Source: Candidatus Aenigmatarchaeota archaeon (GTDB lineage Archaea; Aenigmatarchaeota; Aenigmatarchaeia; Aenigmatarchaeales; JACQIB01). From it: a stretch of 64,000 nucleotides of DNA. The notes under the pieces were generated by a model, which saw nothing but the letters and a program-made list of their open reading frames with translations, made no database searches and was not told where the DNA came from. How positions within the stretch are numbered: position 1 is the stretch's first letter; every line of letters starts with the position of its first letter. A program made the position numbers and the translations under genes. Below are positions 1 to 8,598 of this stretch, piece after piece. Where the stretch lies: the NCBI GenBank assembly GCA_016198755.1, contig JACQIB010000003.1, positions 1 to 64,000 of the forward strand, read 5' to 3'.

Positions 1-167
1 ATATTATAAATATTATAATACAATAGATATAATACAAACTATATTTTACAGCACAAGTTAGACCCAACCCTCCCAGCCAAATGTGAGAGTTCGTGGAAAA
101 GCACGAGTGAAAACAGATTTCTATCTACAGCTAAACACTCACACAGTCAATAAAACATACCAGCTCG

Positions 168-590
168 TTATTTACCCTTTTTATCTTCCATTATAGCAAC
201 AGGCATGGAAACAGGCGGAGGAAGCTGCAAATAGTCAGCAAGTTCTACAACCTTTATCAAAGATTTTCTTAGAACAGCATTCATAATGCTCAAATGAATA
301 TCCTCAGGCAAAAGCTTGCTCTTTTTCCATAACTCAACAGCCCTCTCTCCATCCCCATCTACAAACAGTATCTGCCCGTTCACGAAAAAGTTTCCAAGGG
401 ATTTCTTTCCCTTATCCACATAATCACTTGTAAAATCAAACTCAAGCTGCAGTCCTTCCTTATTTATTCCTGGGAGTGATATGGCTTTAATGTCTTTGAG
501 AGTTGTGTTGTTATTTACGTTTATTTCCCCAACTACATCTCCAATCCTTTTTCCCCTCACTTCTTTCATTGTAAGACCTACTATTGGCAT
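168..590 (-). CDS. Conserved archaeal hypothetical protein, possibly SecB-like fold
   Basis: 140 aa; beta-rich N-half, C-terminal helix and LPPP motif; SD-like AGGTG upstream. Confidence 0.6.
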   Translation of the reverse strand: MPIVGLTMKEVRGKRIGDVVGEINVNNNTTLKDIKAISLPGINKEGLQLEFDFTSDYVDKGKKSLGNFFVNGQILFVDGDGERAVELWKKSKLLPEDIHLSIMNAVLRKSLIKVVELADYLQLPPPVSMPVAIMEDKKGK

Positions 591-654
591 TCAAACACCT
601 GCAACCTATTAATAACAGGAAGGTATTAATAAATAACACATATGAGGTGGTTTT

Positions 655-1191
655 ATGTCCAAGGCTTTGATTTTACTTGCAGATGGGTTTGAAGAGACTG
701 AAGCTATAGCAACAGCAGATATACTCCGCAGGGCTGGAATACAGACAACAATCTCAGGAATAAGCGGTGCAATGGTTACAGGAAGGAGCAAAATCCGCCT
801 ATACTCAGATACCCATCTAATGGATGCAGATCCAACAAAATATGACTGTTTAGTTATACCTGGCGGAGATGCCTCTGTTGAGGCAATGATAAGAGACAGC
901 AAATTACTTGAGTTAATAAGGAATTTTTACTCTTCAGGAAAGGTAGTTGCAGCAATTTGTGCTGGTCCTTTAGTTCTTGTAAAAGCAGGAATTCTAAAAG
1001 ACAAAAAAGCAACAATTTTTCCAGGAATGGAAAGAAATTTAGATAGACCAAGAGCAGAAAAAGTTGTAGTTGATGAAAATATTATAACTTCACAGGGCCC
1101 AGGAACAGCAATTGAGTTTGGGTTGAAAATTGTTGAAGTCCTGTTAGGAAAGCCAACCAGTGCGAAAATCAGGCAGGAAATCGTGGCTTAA
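655..1191 (+). CDS. DJ-1/PfpI (YajL/ThiJ-like) family protein
   Basis: GFEETE, IPGG, AAICAGP nucleophile elbow, TSQGPGT; GAGGTG SD. Confidence 0.95.
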   Translation: MSKALILLADGFEETEAIATADILRRAGIQTTISGISGAMVTGRSKIRLYSDTHLMDADPTKYDCLVIPGGDASVEAMIRDSKLLELIRNFYSSGKVVAAICAGPLVLVKAGILKDKKATIFPGMERNLDRPRAEKVVVDENIITSQGPGTAIEFGLKIVEVLLGKPTSAKIRQEIVA

Positions 1192-1216
1192 ATAGATTTC
1201 CTTTCTAACTTTTACT

Positions 1217-2137
1217 ATGCCTGTAAAAGTTGATTTGCATACACACACAACATTCTCAGATGGTTCTCTAACACCCGTAGATATTGTAGAAAGAGCAAAA
1301 AGAAATGGTGTAAGATATCTTTCTGTTGTGGATCATCACACAGAATATGGTTCTGCAGCTGCGATTGAAGCTGCTAAAGGAACAGAACTGCAGGTTTTAA
1401 GGGGAGTTGAAGTAGATGTTCGTATTTTTGGTTTAGAACACCATCTGCTTGTTTACAGGAAACCTGAAAAAGGCGATTTCGGAGAAGATTTCAGAGGTTA
1501 TCTAAAAAGGATTAGAGATTTCCGCAGTAATTACTGGAAAAGTGTTGCTCAGCGTTTTCCAGAACTTGTAGCAAGAAAACTGGAAGAAAAAATAAATCAT
1601 GACAACGACTTGAACTATGGTGTAGGCAGGTATACACTTTCTCAAGTGTTAGTAGAAAATGGTGTTGCAGAAAATGATATTTCAGCAAGAGTTCAGATAA
1701 AACAGGCAAAAGAATCTCTAAAAGGAAAAACAGATACAGCAGATTATCCAGAGGGATTTACACAACCATATGCAGAAGCCATAAAAGCTGCAAAGGCTGA
1801 TAGTAACATTGCTGTTCTCGCACATCCAAACAGAAATGCGCCCCCGCCCGGCGGAAATTTAGGCAATGTTTTAACCAGTGCAAGAGAAGCTGGCGTTGAC
1901 GGAATAGAAGTTTACTATCCATACAAAGATGACACGGATGTTGGGATACTGGAAGTTGGACAATTTGCAGAAAGACATGGTTTGTTGATGACAGTTGGCA
2001 GCGATTTCCATGGTGACATTATACCAAGCAGGGTTGCAAGTGTTGGAATAAAGCCTGCTGACGTAGGCAGCATGGACGCGCCTCCAGATGTTGTTAACAG
2101 AATTATAGAACGTTTCTTTGCCGAGCAAGCAGCTTAA
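1217..2137 (+). CDS. PHP-domain metallophosphoesterase (TrpH/YciV-like)
   Basis: DLHTHT..SDG, VDH, GVE, AHP, GSDFH motifs. Confidence 0.9.
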   Translation: MPVKVDLHTHTTFSDGSLTPVDIVERAKRNGVRYLSVVDHHTEYGSAAAIEAAKGTELQVLRGVEVDVRIFGLEHHLLVYRKPEKGDFGEDFRGYLKRIRDFRSNYWKSVAQRFPELVARKLEEKINHDNDLNYGVGRYTLSQVLVENGVAENDISARVQIKQAKESLKGKTDTADYPEGFTQPYAEAIKAAKADSNIAVLAHPNRNAPPPGGNLGNVLTSAREAGVDGIEVYYPYKDDTDVGILEVGQFAERHGLLMTVGSDFHGDIIPSRVASVGIKPADVGSMDAPPDVVNRIIERFFAEQAA

Positions 2138-2197
2138 ACACCATAAAAGAGATTGTACAGTCACATATTTATTAGCCTAGGCAGAGAACTAGGATTT

Positions 2198-2337
2198 AGC
2201 CCCGTCGTCTAGCGGCCAAGGATGACTGGCTCTGAAATTGGAGAGACCAGTATACAGAGGTTCGAAGCTCAGGGGGAAGTTTCCCCCTACAGCCCTACCC
2301 CCTCAGGTAGAGCGTGAAAATCCTCTCGGGGCTACCA
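2198..2337 (+). tRNA. tRNA-Gln(CTG) with two introns: 37/38 (2236-2245, 10 nt) and 59/60 (2267-2320, 54 nt)
   Basis: Acceptor AGCCCCG/CGGGGCT with A1-U72, anticodon stem ACTGG/CCAGT, T stem AGAGG/CCTCT, encoded CCA; BHB-like helices CTCT/GGAG and TTCG/TGAA. Confidence 0.92.
2267..2310 (+). repeat. 44-nt intron core, copy 1 (identical to reverse complement of 53823-53866)
   Basis: GCTCAGGGGGAAGTTTCCCCCTACAGCCCTACCCCCTCAGGTAG read directly at both loci. Confidence 0.97.
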
Positions 2338-2371
2338 ATTTATTTATATTACCTAAAAGTAAAATTATAGC

Positions 2372-2710
2372 ATGCCGCGCATAGATAGTTTGTATTTCGG
2401 TTCGATAATTATAGATGGAAGGAAGTTTGATCATGACCTTATTTTGACTTCGAAAGGGGACATTATGCCTCTGGACAGGAATCATAGGTTCTCGGAAAAG
2501 CAGTTTTCAGACTTGCTTTTGCATGGTCCGGAAGTAATTTTGATTGGTACAGGCCGTTCGGGAAGCTTCAAAGCTGAAGCTGGGATAGAGGTTGCAGCAA
2601 AGCTGCAGGGTATAGAAATACACCAGCTGCCTACAGCAAAGGCCGTGGAAGAGTTTAACAAGCTTTCAAAAAGGAAAAATGTTGTTGCAGTCCTGCATGT
2701 TACATGTTGA
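2372..2710 (+). CDS. Mth938-like (DUF498/DUF598) protein
   Basis: FGSIIIDG, PEVILIGTG..G, T.KAVEEFN, C-terminal LHVTC. Confidence 0.9.
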   Translation: MPRIDSLYFGSIIIDGRKFDHDLILTSKGDIMPLDRNHRFSEKQFSDLLLHGPEVILIGTGRSGSFKAEAGIEVAAKLQGIEIHQLPTAKAVEEFNKLSKRKNVVAVLHVTC

Positions 2711-2716
2711 TTTTTT

Positions 2717-3769
2717 ATGGTAAAAGAATCAGGAGCTGCAGGTCAGGCAGATGAGTTCAAGGGCATGAAAACAGCAGATGAGGTTATAGAGCTGTACAAG
2801 CTTGGAAGGAGAGATTTCCGCTTTGTTGCAGTAGTAACATCAAATTTTAATGGTGCAGACCTTACTGGTGCAGATTTTTCCCACTCCACAATTTTTCTAT
2901 GTAATTTCAACAACTGCAACCTTTCCAGTTGCAAGTTTGAACATTCAGACCTCTCAGACTGTACATTTGTTAATGCAGAATTCTATAATGCTGATCTTAC
3001 CAGCACAAACATGTATGGTTCAAACCTTATGGGAGCAAAACTCGGCAGTGCTATTTTTGTAAAGACTATTCTTGCAGGCTGTAAAATTGAAAAAGAGCAG
3101 CTGGATGAAGCAGCTGAAGTTGAGGATATAGTTTGGGAGGTAGATAAAAAACAAAGGACAAAAATGAGTGCTTCAGATATTTATGCAGAATACAAAAACG
3201 GAAGGAAAGATTTTTCAAATATAGATGCGCAGGCCCAGGATTTCTCAGGCATGATACTGAAAGGCATAATTTTCAAAGGCTCTAATCTACATGCTGCAGA
3301 TTTTGCAAATGTAGACCTTACAGATGCTGATTTTAGTGAGTGTGATATAACAACATGCAGTTTCAAAAGTGCAACACTTAAAAGAACTAATTTCTTCCGC
3401 TCCAATTTCTTCTGGTCAACTTTAAACGGAGCCTATCTGGAGAAAACAAACATGAGAAATTCAAACCTTACATGGTGTGATTTAAGGGGATTGGATTTAG
3501 GACAGGCAGATACGATAGGAGCAGATATTTCAGGATCCAGGGTAGATGAAACAGCTCCAATGATGGCAATACAATCAGAATCTGTTAGGGAGAGCGGTAT
3601 ACTCGGAGACTATAGAGTAAAGGGTGGAGAAGAGAGCTTTGGAGCTATTGGCAGCACCTATATATCTCAGGGTGTTCTGTCTCAGCATACAACTTTAGGT
3701 TTAGGTGAGTCTGGTGGAACAACTTACAAGAGTGGTGGCAGCGGAGAGAAAGCATACAGAAAGCGCTGA
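2717..3769 (+). CDS. Pentapeptide-repeat protein with two repeat modules
   Basis: A(D/N)(L/F)xx repeats in two blocks, each preceded by a Y..GR.DF cap. Confidence 0.9.
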   Translation: MVKESGAAGQADEFKGMKTADEVIELYKLGRRDFRFVAVVTSNFNGADLTGADFSHSTIFLCNFNNCNLSSCKFEHSDLSDCTFVNAEFYNADLTSTNMYGSNLMGAKLGSAIFVKTILAGCKIEKEQLDEAAEVEDIVWEVDKKQRTKMSASDIYAEYKNGRKDFSNIDAQAQDFSGMILKGIIFKGSNLHAADFANVDLTDADFSECDITTCSFKSATLKRTNFFRSNFFWSTLNGAYLEKTNMRNSNLTWCDLRGLDLGQADTIGADISGSRVDETAPMMAIQSESVRESGILGDYRVKGGEESFGAIGSTYISQGVLSQHTTLGLGESGGTTYKSGGSGEKAYRKR

Positions 3770-3808
3770 AAGCAAAGCTATTTGTTTCTGCGTTCCATAT
3801 AGTTTCGC

Positions 3809-4633
3809 ATGTTTGTAATCAAAACAACGGGTGAACGGGAAGAGTTTTCAAGGGAAAAAATAATAAAGACCTGTTTAAGAGCCGGTGTTTCAAAAGAGAC
3901 GGCAGAAAAAATAGCAGCAGAGGCAGAGCTCCATGCTTACGAAGGCATAACAACACAGGAGATTTTGCAGTTTGTTTTGCGTTTGCTTAGCAGAAAAGAG
4001 GTGGCAGCAGCAGCTAGATATGACTTGAAAGGATCTATAATGAGGCTTGGTCCTGCAGGTTTCCTTTTTGAAGCTTTTGTGGGGGAACTTTTGAAAGAAT
4101 ATGGATATAAAACAAAAACTCATGTTTTCCTAAACGGGAAGTGCGTTAAGCATGAGATAGATGTTATAACAGAAAAACAGGGCGAAACAACAATAATAGA
4201 ATGCAAATACCATAATGCACCTGGAATTTTCACTGGTGTTAAGGACATTCTTTATACTTATGCACGTTTTTTGGATGTTAAAGAAGGTGCAGCAATTGGG
4301 AAATCAAGGCAGGTAAATGCCGTTTCTCTATTTTCAAACACAAAATTCTCATCGGATGCTGAGAAATACGGGAAGTGCAAGGGAATAGAGCTTGTTGGAT
4401 GGAGATATCCACAGGATGGAGGATTAGAGAAACTTATAGAGGAAAAAAAGCTATATCCAATAACAGTGCTCAGAACACTTTCGCGCGAGGATTTGCAAAA
4501 GTTTTCTGCTTCCAAAATGATGCTGTGTAAAGACCTTTTAAGATACAGGCCGGAAGATCTGAAAAAGCTTACAGGAGTTTCAGAAGGAAAGATAAAGGCA
4601 GCAGCACGCGAAGCAGAGCTTATTCTCACTTAA
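3809..4633 (+). CDS. ATP-cone plus PD-(D/E)xK (Mrr-like) nuclease domain protein
   Basis: VIK..GERE.F..EKI ATP cone; HEIDV..IIECK nuclease motif. Confidence 0.85.
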   Translation: MFVIKTTGEREEFSREKIIKTCLRAGVSKETAEKIAAEAELHAYEGITTQEILQFVLRLLSRKEVAAAARYDLKGSIMRLGPAGFLFEAFVGELLKEYGYKTKTHVFLNGKCVKHEIDVITEKQGETTIIECKYHNAPGIFTGVKDILYTYARFLDVKEGAAIGKSRQVNAVSLFSNTKFSSDAEKYGKCKGIELVGWRYPQDGGLEKLIEEKKLYPITVLRTLSREDLQKFSASKMMLCKDLLRYRPEDLKKLTGVSEGKIKAAAREAELILT

Positions 4634-4934
4634 TTTCTCTTTCTGCCCACTTGCCATATTTTTTGTTTATACTCACATCAATAGCTGCAATACAAGGTAT
4701 TGTATAGGGATGTATTTTAGAAAGTTCTTTTTCTATTATATTTCTCTTAGATGATAAAGTTTTGACAATTGCAACCCATTCTTTTTCTTTTGTTATTTTT
4801 CCCCCCCATCTGTAAACAGATTCTATAGGAAAAATATTTACACACACCCCAAGCCTTTTCTTAATCAGGTGAACAGCAACTTTGTTTGCAACAGCTTCCG
4901 AAGGATTTGTTATGTAAATCCATACCATTTTCAT
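4626..4934 (-). CDS. cutA: Divalent cation tolerance protein CutA
   Basis: CVNIFPIESVYRWGG, HPY.IPCI. Confidence 0.93.
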   Translation of the reverse strand: MKMVWIYITNPSEAVANKVAVHLIKKRLGVCVNIFPIESVYRWGGKITKEKEWVAIVKTLSSKRNIIEKELSKIHPYTIPCIAAIDVSINKKYGKWAEREIK

Positions 4935-5007
4935 AAGAAAAATTGTATCCTGCTTATATATATTGGCTAATAGAAAACAATATTAATACCTTATGTGATG
5001 TTTTTTC

Positions 5008-7113
5008 ATGGTTCTTCGCTTTGTTATAAAGAGAGACGGCTCCAAAGAACAATTTCTGCAAACAAAAATAACAATAGCAATTCTGAAAGCACTTGAACCA
5101 ACTAAAACAGGAACCCTTATGGACGCAGAAAAAGTTTCTCAAAGAGTCGTTTCTATACTTGAAAAAAAGTTCCAGCGAAAGCCACCCAACATAGAAGAAA
5201 TACAGGATACAATAATCAGGGAACTTGAAGCAGCAGGATACAGAAAAGCTTCCCACGCCTATACAGTTTACAGGCAGAGAAAGTCTGAGGAAAGGGAGAT
5301 AAGGGAAAAATTCGGCGTTTCAGATTTTCTAAAACTTGGTGCAAATGCACTTAATGTTTTATGCAAACGCTACCTTCTCAGGGATGAAAAGGGAAAAATT
5401 ATAGAAACCCCAGCCCAGCTTTTTATGCGCGTTACAAAAGCAATAGCTGCAGTAGACTCAAAATATGGTGGTGATTCAAACAAGACTGCCGAAGAGTTTT
5501 ACAACATGATGGCAGCCAGAGAATTCATGCCTGGCAGCCCGGCTTTCAATGCTGGCACAGGCGCTGGTTCACTAAGCTCTTGTTTTGTTCTGCCTGTAGA
5601 GGACTCGTTAAAAAGCATTTTTAAAACCCTTGGAGATATGGCACTTGTCCACCAGTCTGGTGGGGGAACTGGCTTTGATTTTTCCCATTTAAGATCAAAA
5701 GGCGGATTTATTAAAACAACGCAGGGAGTTTCCTCAGGTCCAATATCTTTTATGGAAATTTATGATTCAGCAACAAACACAATGAAAGCAGGCTCCAAAC
5801 GGCGCGGGGCAAACATGGGAATAATGAGGTTTGACCATCCTGATGTTATGGATTTTATTGTTGTAAAGAGGGATGAAACAAAACTCCAGAACTTTAACAT
5901 TTCTGTTTCTGTAACAGACGAATTCATGAATAAAGCAGAGAAACGGGAGAATTACTGGCTTGTAAACCCCAAAACAAAAGAAAAAGTAAAGGAACTTAAC
6001 GCAGGAAAAGTAATGGATCTTATTTGCGAGTCTGCGTGGATGACTGGAGATCCTGGGCTCATTTTTCTGGATACAATAAACAGGAACAACCCAACAGCTC
6101 ATTTAGGTCCAATAGAAGCCACAAATCCCTGTTCTGAATTACCTTTACACTCGTACGAATCCTGTAATTTAGGCAGCATAAACTTAGGAAAGTTTGTTTT
6201 CTCAGATGGAAAACCAGATATAGACTGGGAAAGGATGAAAAAAGTAATCTGGTCAGGAGTACATTTCTTAGACAATCTTATAGATGCAAACAAGTATCCA
6301 ATACCAGAAATAGATAAAATGACAAAGGCAAACCGCAGGATAGGTTTGGGTGTAATGGGCTGGGCTGATATGTTGTTTTTCCTTGGAATACCATACAATT
6401 CAGAAGAGGCTCTAAAACTCGCTGAAAAAGTCATGAAATTCATACAGGAAGAGGGCCAGAAAGCATCCATAGAACTCGGGAAGAAGCGCGGATCATTTCC
6501 AAACTTCAAAGGCAGCCTTTGGGAAAAGAAAGGATTCCCATCAATGAGAAACGCAACAGTTACAATGGTGGCTCCCACAGGAACCATAAGCATTATTTCA
6601 GGCTGCTCCTCAGGAATAGAGCCTGCTTTTGCTATATGTTTTATACGCAATGTTCTTGAGGGAACACAATTGCTGGAAACTAACTGGGTGTTTGAGAAGA
6701 CTGCTGAAGAGAAGGATTTCTATAGTAAGGATCTTATGGAAAGAGTTGCAAAGAGCGGTTCTGTTCAGAGTATAAAAGAAATACCAGAGGATGTAAGGAA
6801 GGTTTTCATAACAGCTCTTGAGATTCCTCCGGAGTGGCACATAAAAATGCAGGCAGCTTTCCAAAAATATTGTGATTCAGGCATTTCCAAAACAGTTAAC
6901 CTTCCAAATGAAGCAACGCCAGCAGATATAAAAAAGATATACTTTTTAGCTTGGAGAATGAAATGCAAAACAATCTGTATTTACAGGTATGGTTCCAAGT
7001 CTCAGCAGGTATTGTATATAGGAGAGGTGAAAACACGCAAACCAATGAAAAAAGCTGTTATAGTAGAATCCGAATACTCTCCGGATTGCCCAAGTGGAAC
7101 ATGCCCCACCTAA
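5008..7113 (+). CDS. nrdJ: Class II (B12-dependent) ribonucleotide reductase with N-terminal ATP cone
   Basis: LSSCF, GGGTG, RRGANMG, TNPCSE, APTGTIS, C-terminal CPSGTC. Confidence 0.95.
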   Translation: MVLRFVIKRDGSKEQFLQTKITIAILKALEPTKTGTLMDAEKVSQRVVSILEKKFQRKPPNIEEIQDTIIRELEAAGYRKASHAYTVYRQRKSEEREIREKFGVSDFLKLGANALNVLCKRYLLRDEKGKIIETPAQLFMRVTKAIAAVDSKYGGDSNKTAEEFYNMMAAREFMPGSPAFNAGTGAGSLSSCFVLPVEDSLKSIFKTLGDMALVHQSGGGTGFDFSHLRSKGGFIKTTQGVSSGPISFMEIYDSATNTMKAGSKRRGANMGIMRFDHPDVMDFIVVKRDETKLQNFNISVSVTDEFMNKAEKRENYWLVNPKTKEKVKELNAGKVMDLICESAWMTGDPGLIFLDTINRNNPTAHLGPIEATNPCSELPLHSYESCNLGSINLGKFVFSDGKPDIDWERMKKVIWSGVHFLDNLIDANKYPIPEIDKMTKANRRIGLGVMGWADMLFFLGIPYNSEEALKLAEKVMKFIQEEGQKASIELGKKRGSFPNFKGSLWEKKGFPSMRNATVTMVAPTGTISIISGCSSGIEPAFAICFIRNVLEGTQLLETNWVFEKTAEEKDFYSKDLMERVAKSGSVQSIKEIPEDVRKVFITALEIPPEWHIKMQAAFQKYCDSGISKTVNLPNEATPADIKKIYFLAWRMKCKTICIYRYGSKSQQVLYIGEVKTRKPMKKAVIVESEYSPDCPSGTCPT

Positions 7114-7146
7114 ACTGTTTAAATAGTGTAAGAGAACATTTTGTTT

Positions 7147-8076
7147 ATGGTCACAAAACCATATGATTGTATTATTATAGGAAGTGGTCCTGCAGGTTTA
7201 ACAGCAGCAATTTACTCTGTGCGTGCAGGGCGCAGTACACTTGTTGTTAGCGGTCCGCTGCCAGGCGGGCAGCTTATGCTTACAGATCTTGTAGAGGATT
7301 ATCCTGGCTTTCCAGAACCTGTTAAGGGATCTGAGCTTATGGATAGAATGAGAAAACAAGCTGAAAATCTGGGTGTAAAGTTTATTTCAGGTTCAGCCAC
7401 TGAAGTTGAATTTAAAGAAAAGCCATTTGTTGTTTTTGTAGATGGGAATCCAGTTAAAGGAAAAACAGTTATAATAGCTTCCGGTGCCTCAGCAAAAACT
7501 CTAGGAATTCCTTCAGAATGGAAGTTTATGGGAAAGGGCGTTTCCACATGCGCAGTATGCGATGCGTTTTTCTATAAAGGAAAAGATATTGTTGTAGTTG
7601 GCGGAGGGGATAGTGCAATGAGGGAAGCTCTTTTTTGTTCAAAGATCTGCAAGACAGTTACTGTTATACACCGCAGGGACAAGCTGAAAGCCCAAAAAGT
7701 TTTGCAGGACAGAGCCTTCGCAACAAAAAATATTAAATGGGTGTGGAATACTGAGGTAAAAGATTTTATTGGAAAAGACAAATTGGATGCAATAAAACTA
7801 TTGAACAACAAAACCAAGAAGGAAACAACAATGAAAATAGACGGAGTTTTCATAGCGATAGGTCACAGGCCCAATACAGATATTTACAAGGGCCAGCTTG
7901 AACTTGATGAGAAAGGATACATAGCTGTAAAGGATAGAACAAAAACTTCTGTCCACGGTGTTTTCGCATCTGGTGATGTGCATGACTATATGTATATGCA
8001 GGCTGTAACAGCAGCAGGTGCAGGATGTATGGCTGCGCTTGATGCGAACGAGTTTTTGCAGGGCGATGAAAAATGA
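7147..8076 (+). CDS. trxB: Thioredoxin reductase
   Basis: GSGPAG, CAVCD, GGGDSA, HRRD; ATG at 7147 chosen over TTG at 7141. Confidence 0.96.
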   Translation: MVTKPYDCIIIGSGPAGLTAAIYSVRAGRSTLVVSGPLPGGQLMLTDLVEDYPGFPEPVKGSELMDRMRKQAENLGVKFISGSATEVEFKEKPFVVFVDGNPVKGKTVIIASGASAKTLGIPSEWKFMGKGVSTCAVCDAFFYKGKDIVVVGGGDSAMREALFCSKICKTVTVIHRRDKLKAQKVLQDRAFATKNIKWVWNTEVKDFIGKDKLDAIKLLNNKTKKETTMKIDGVFIAIGHRPNTDIYKGQLELDEKGYIAVKDRTKTSVHGVFASGDVHDYMYMQAVTAAGAGCMAALDANEFLQGDEK

Positions 8077-8543
8077 ACAGAGATACGATGAGGAAGATAA
8101 TGTTGGGTATTATTTTGTTCTCCTTTTTAGGCAGTACATTTACTTTGGCAATATTGTATGCTATTCCAGGTTCTCCTCCGGGAAAAACAACAACCACCAA
8201 TCCCTATGTTTTTGAGAACCCTCTGGATCAGGCAAAAGAAAATGAAATACTCTCGGGAGATAATGTCATAGTTAATTTTTTCTACACATCTCCCTGTCCA
8301 GTATGCGATGAGGCTGAAAAGACTCTGGCAAATCTTTACTCTGTTTCCAGAGGGAAAATTTACGTTGTAAGAATAAACACCGAAATCAATACTCTTTACT
8401 CAAGCAGTGTTGGCGTGAAATCTGTTCCAGCCCTTTACGTAAAAGGCACAACAACAGAGCTTTTAAACGGAAGTCCCCTACCAACAGAACTCAAAACAAA
8501 GGTTTGTTCAAAATATAAGGTTCAACCAGCTTTCTGTTCTTAG
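8073..8543 (+). CDS. Membrane-anchored thioredoxin-like protein
   Basis: N-terminal TM, FFYTSPCPVC, GVKSVP cis-Pro loop; ATGA overlap with trxB. Confidence 0.8.
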   Translation: MNRDTMRKIMLGIILFSFLGSTFTLAILYAIPGSPPGKTTTTNPYVFENPLDQAKENEILSGDNVIVNFFYTSPCPVCDEAEKTLANLYSVSRGKIYVVRINTEINTLYSSSVGVKSVPALYVKGTTTELLNGSPLPTELKTKVCSKYKVQPAFCS

Positions 8544-8598
8544 GAAATGGCCAAACAATACAGAAGCCTTTTTATATAGGCTTAGGCTTAAATGAAAC

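Noticed and set aside
5008-7113. Intein in the ribonucleotide reductase (or in Top6B)
   Set aside because: TNPCSE and other usual insertion sites are uninterrupted; the Top6B insert lacks Cys/Ser start and His-Asn end.
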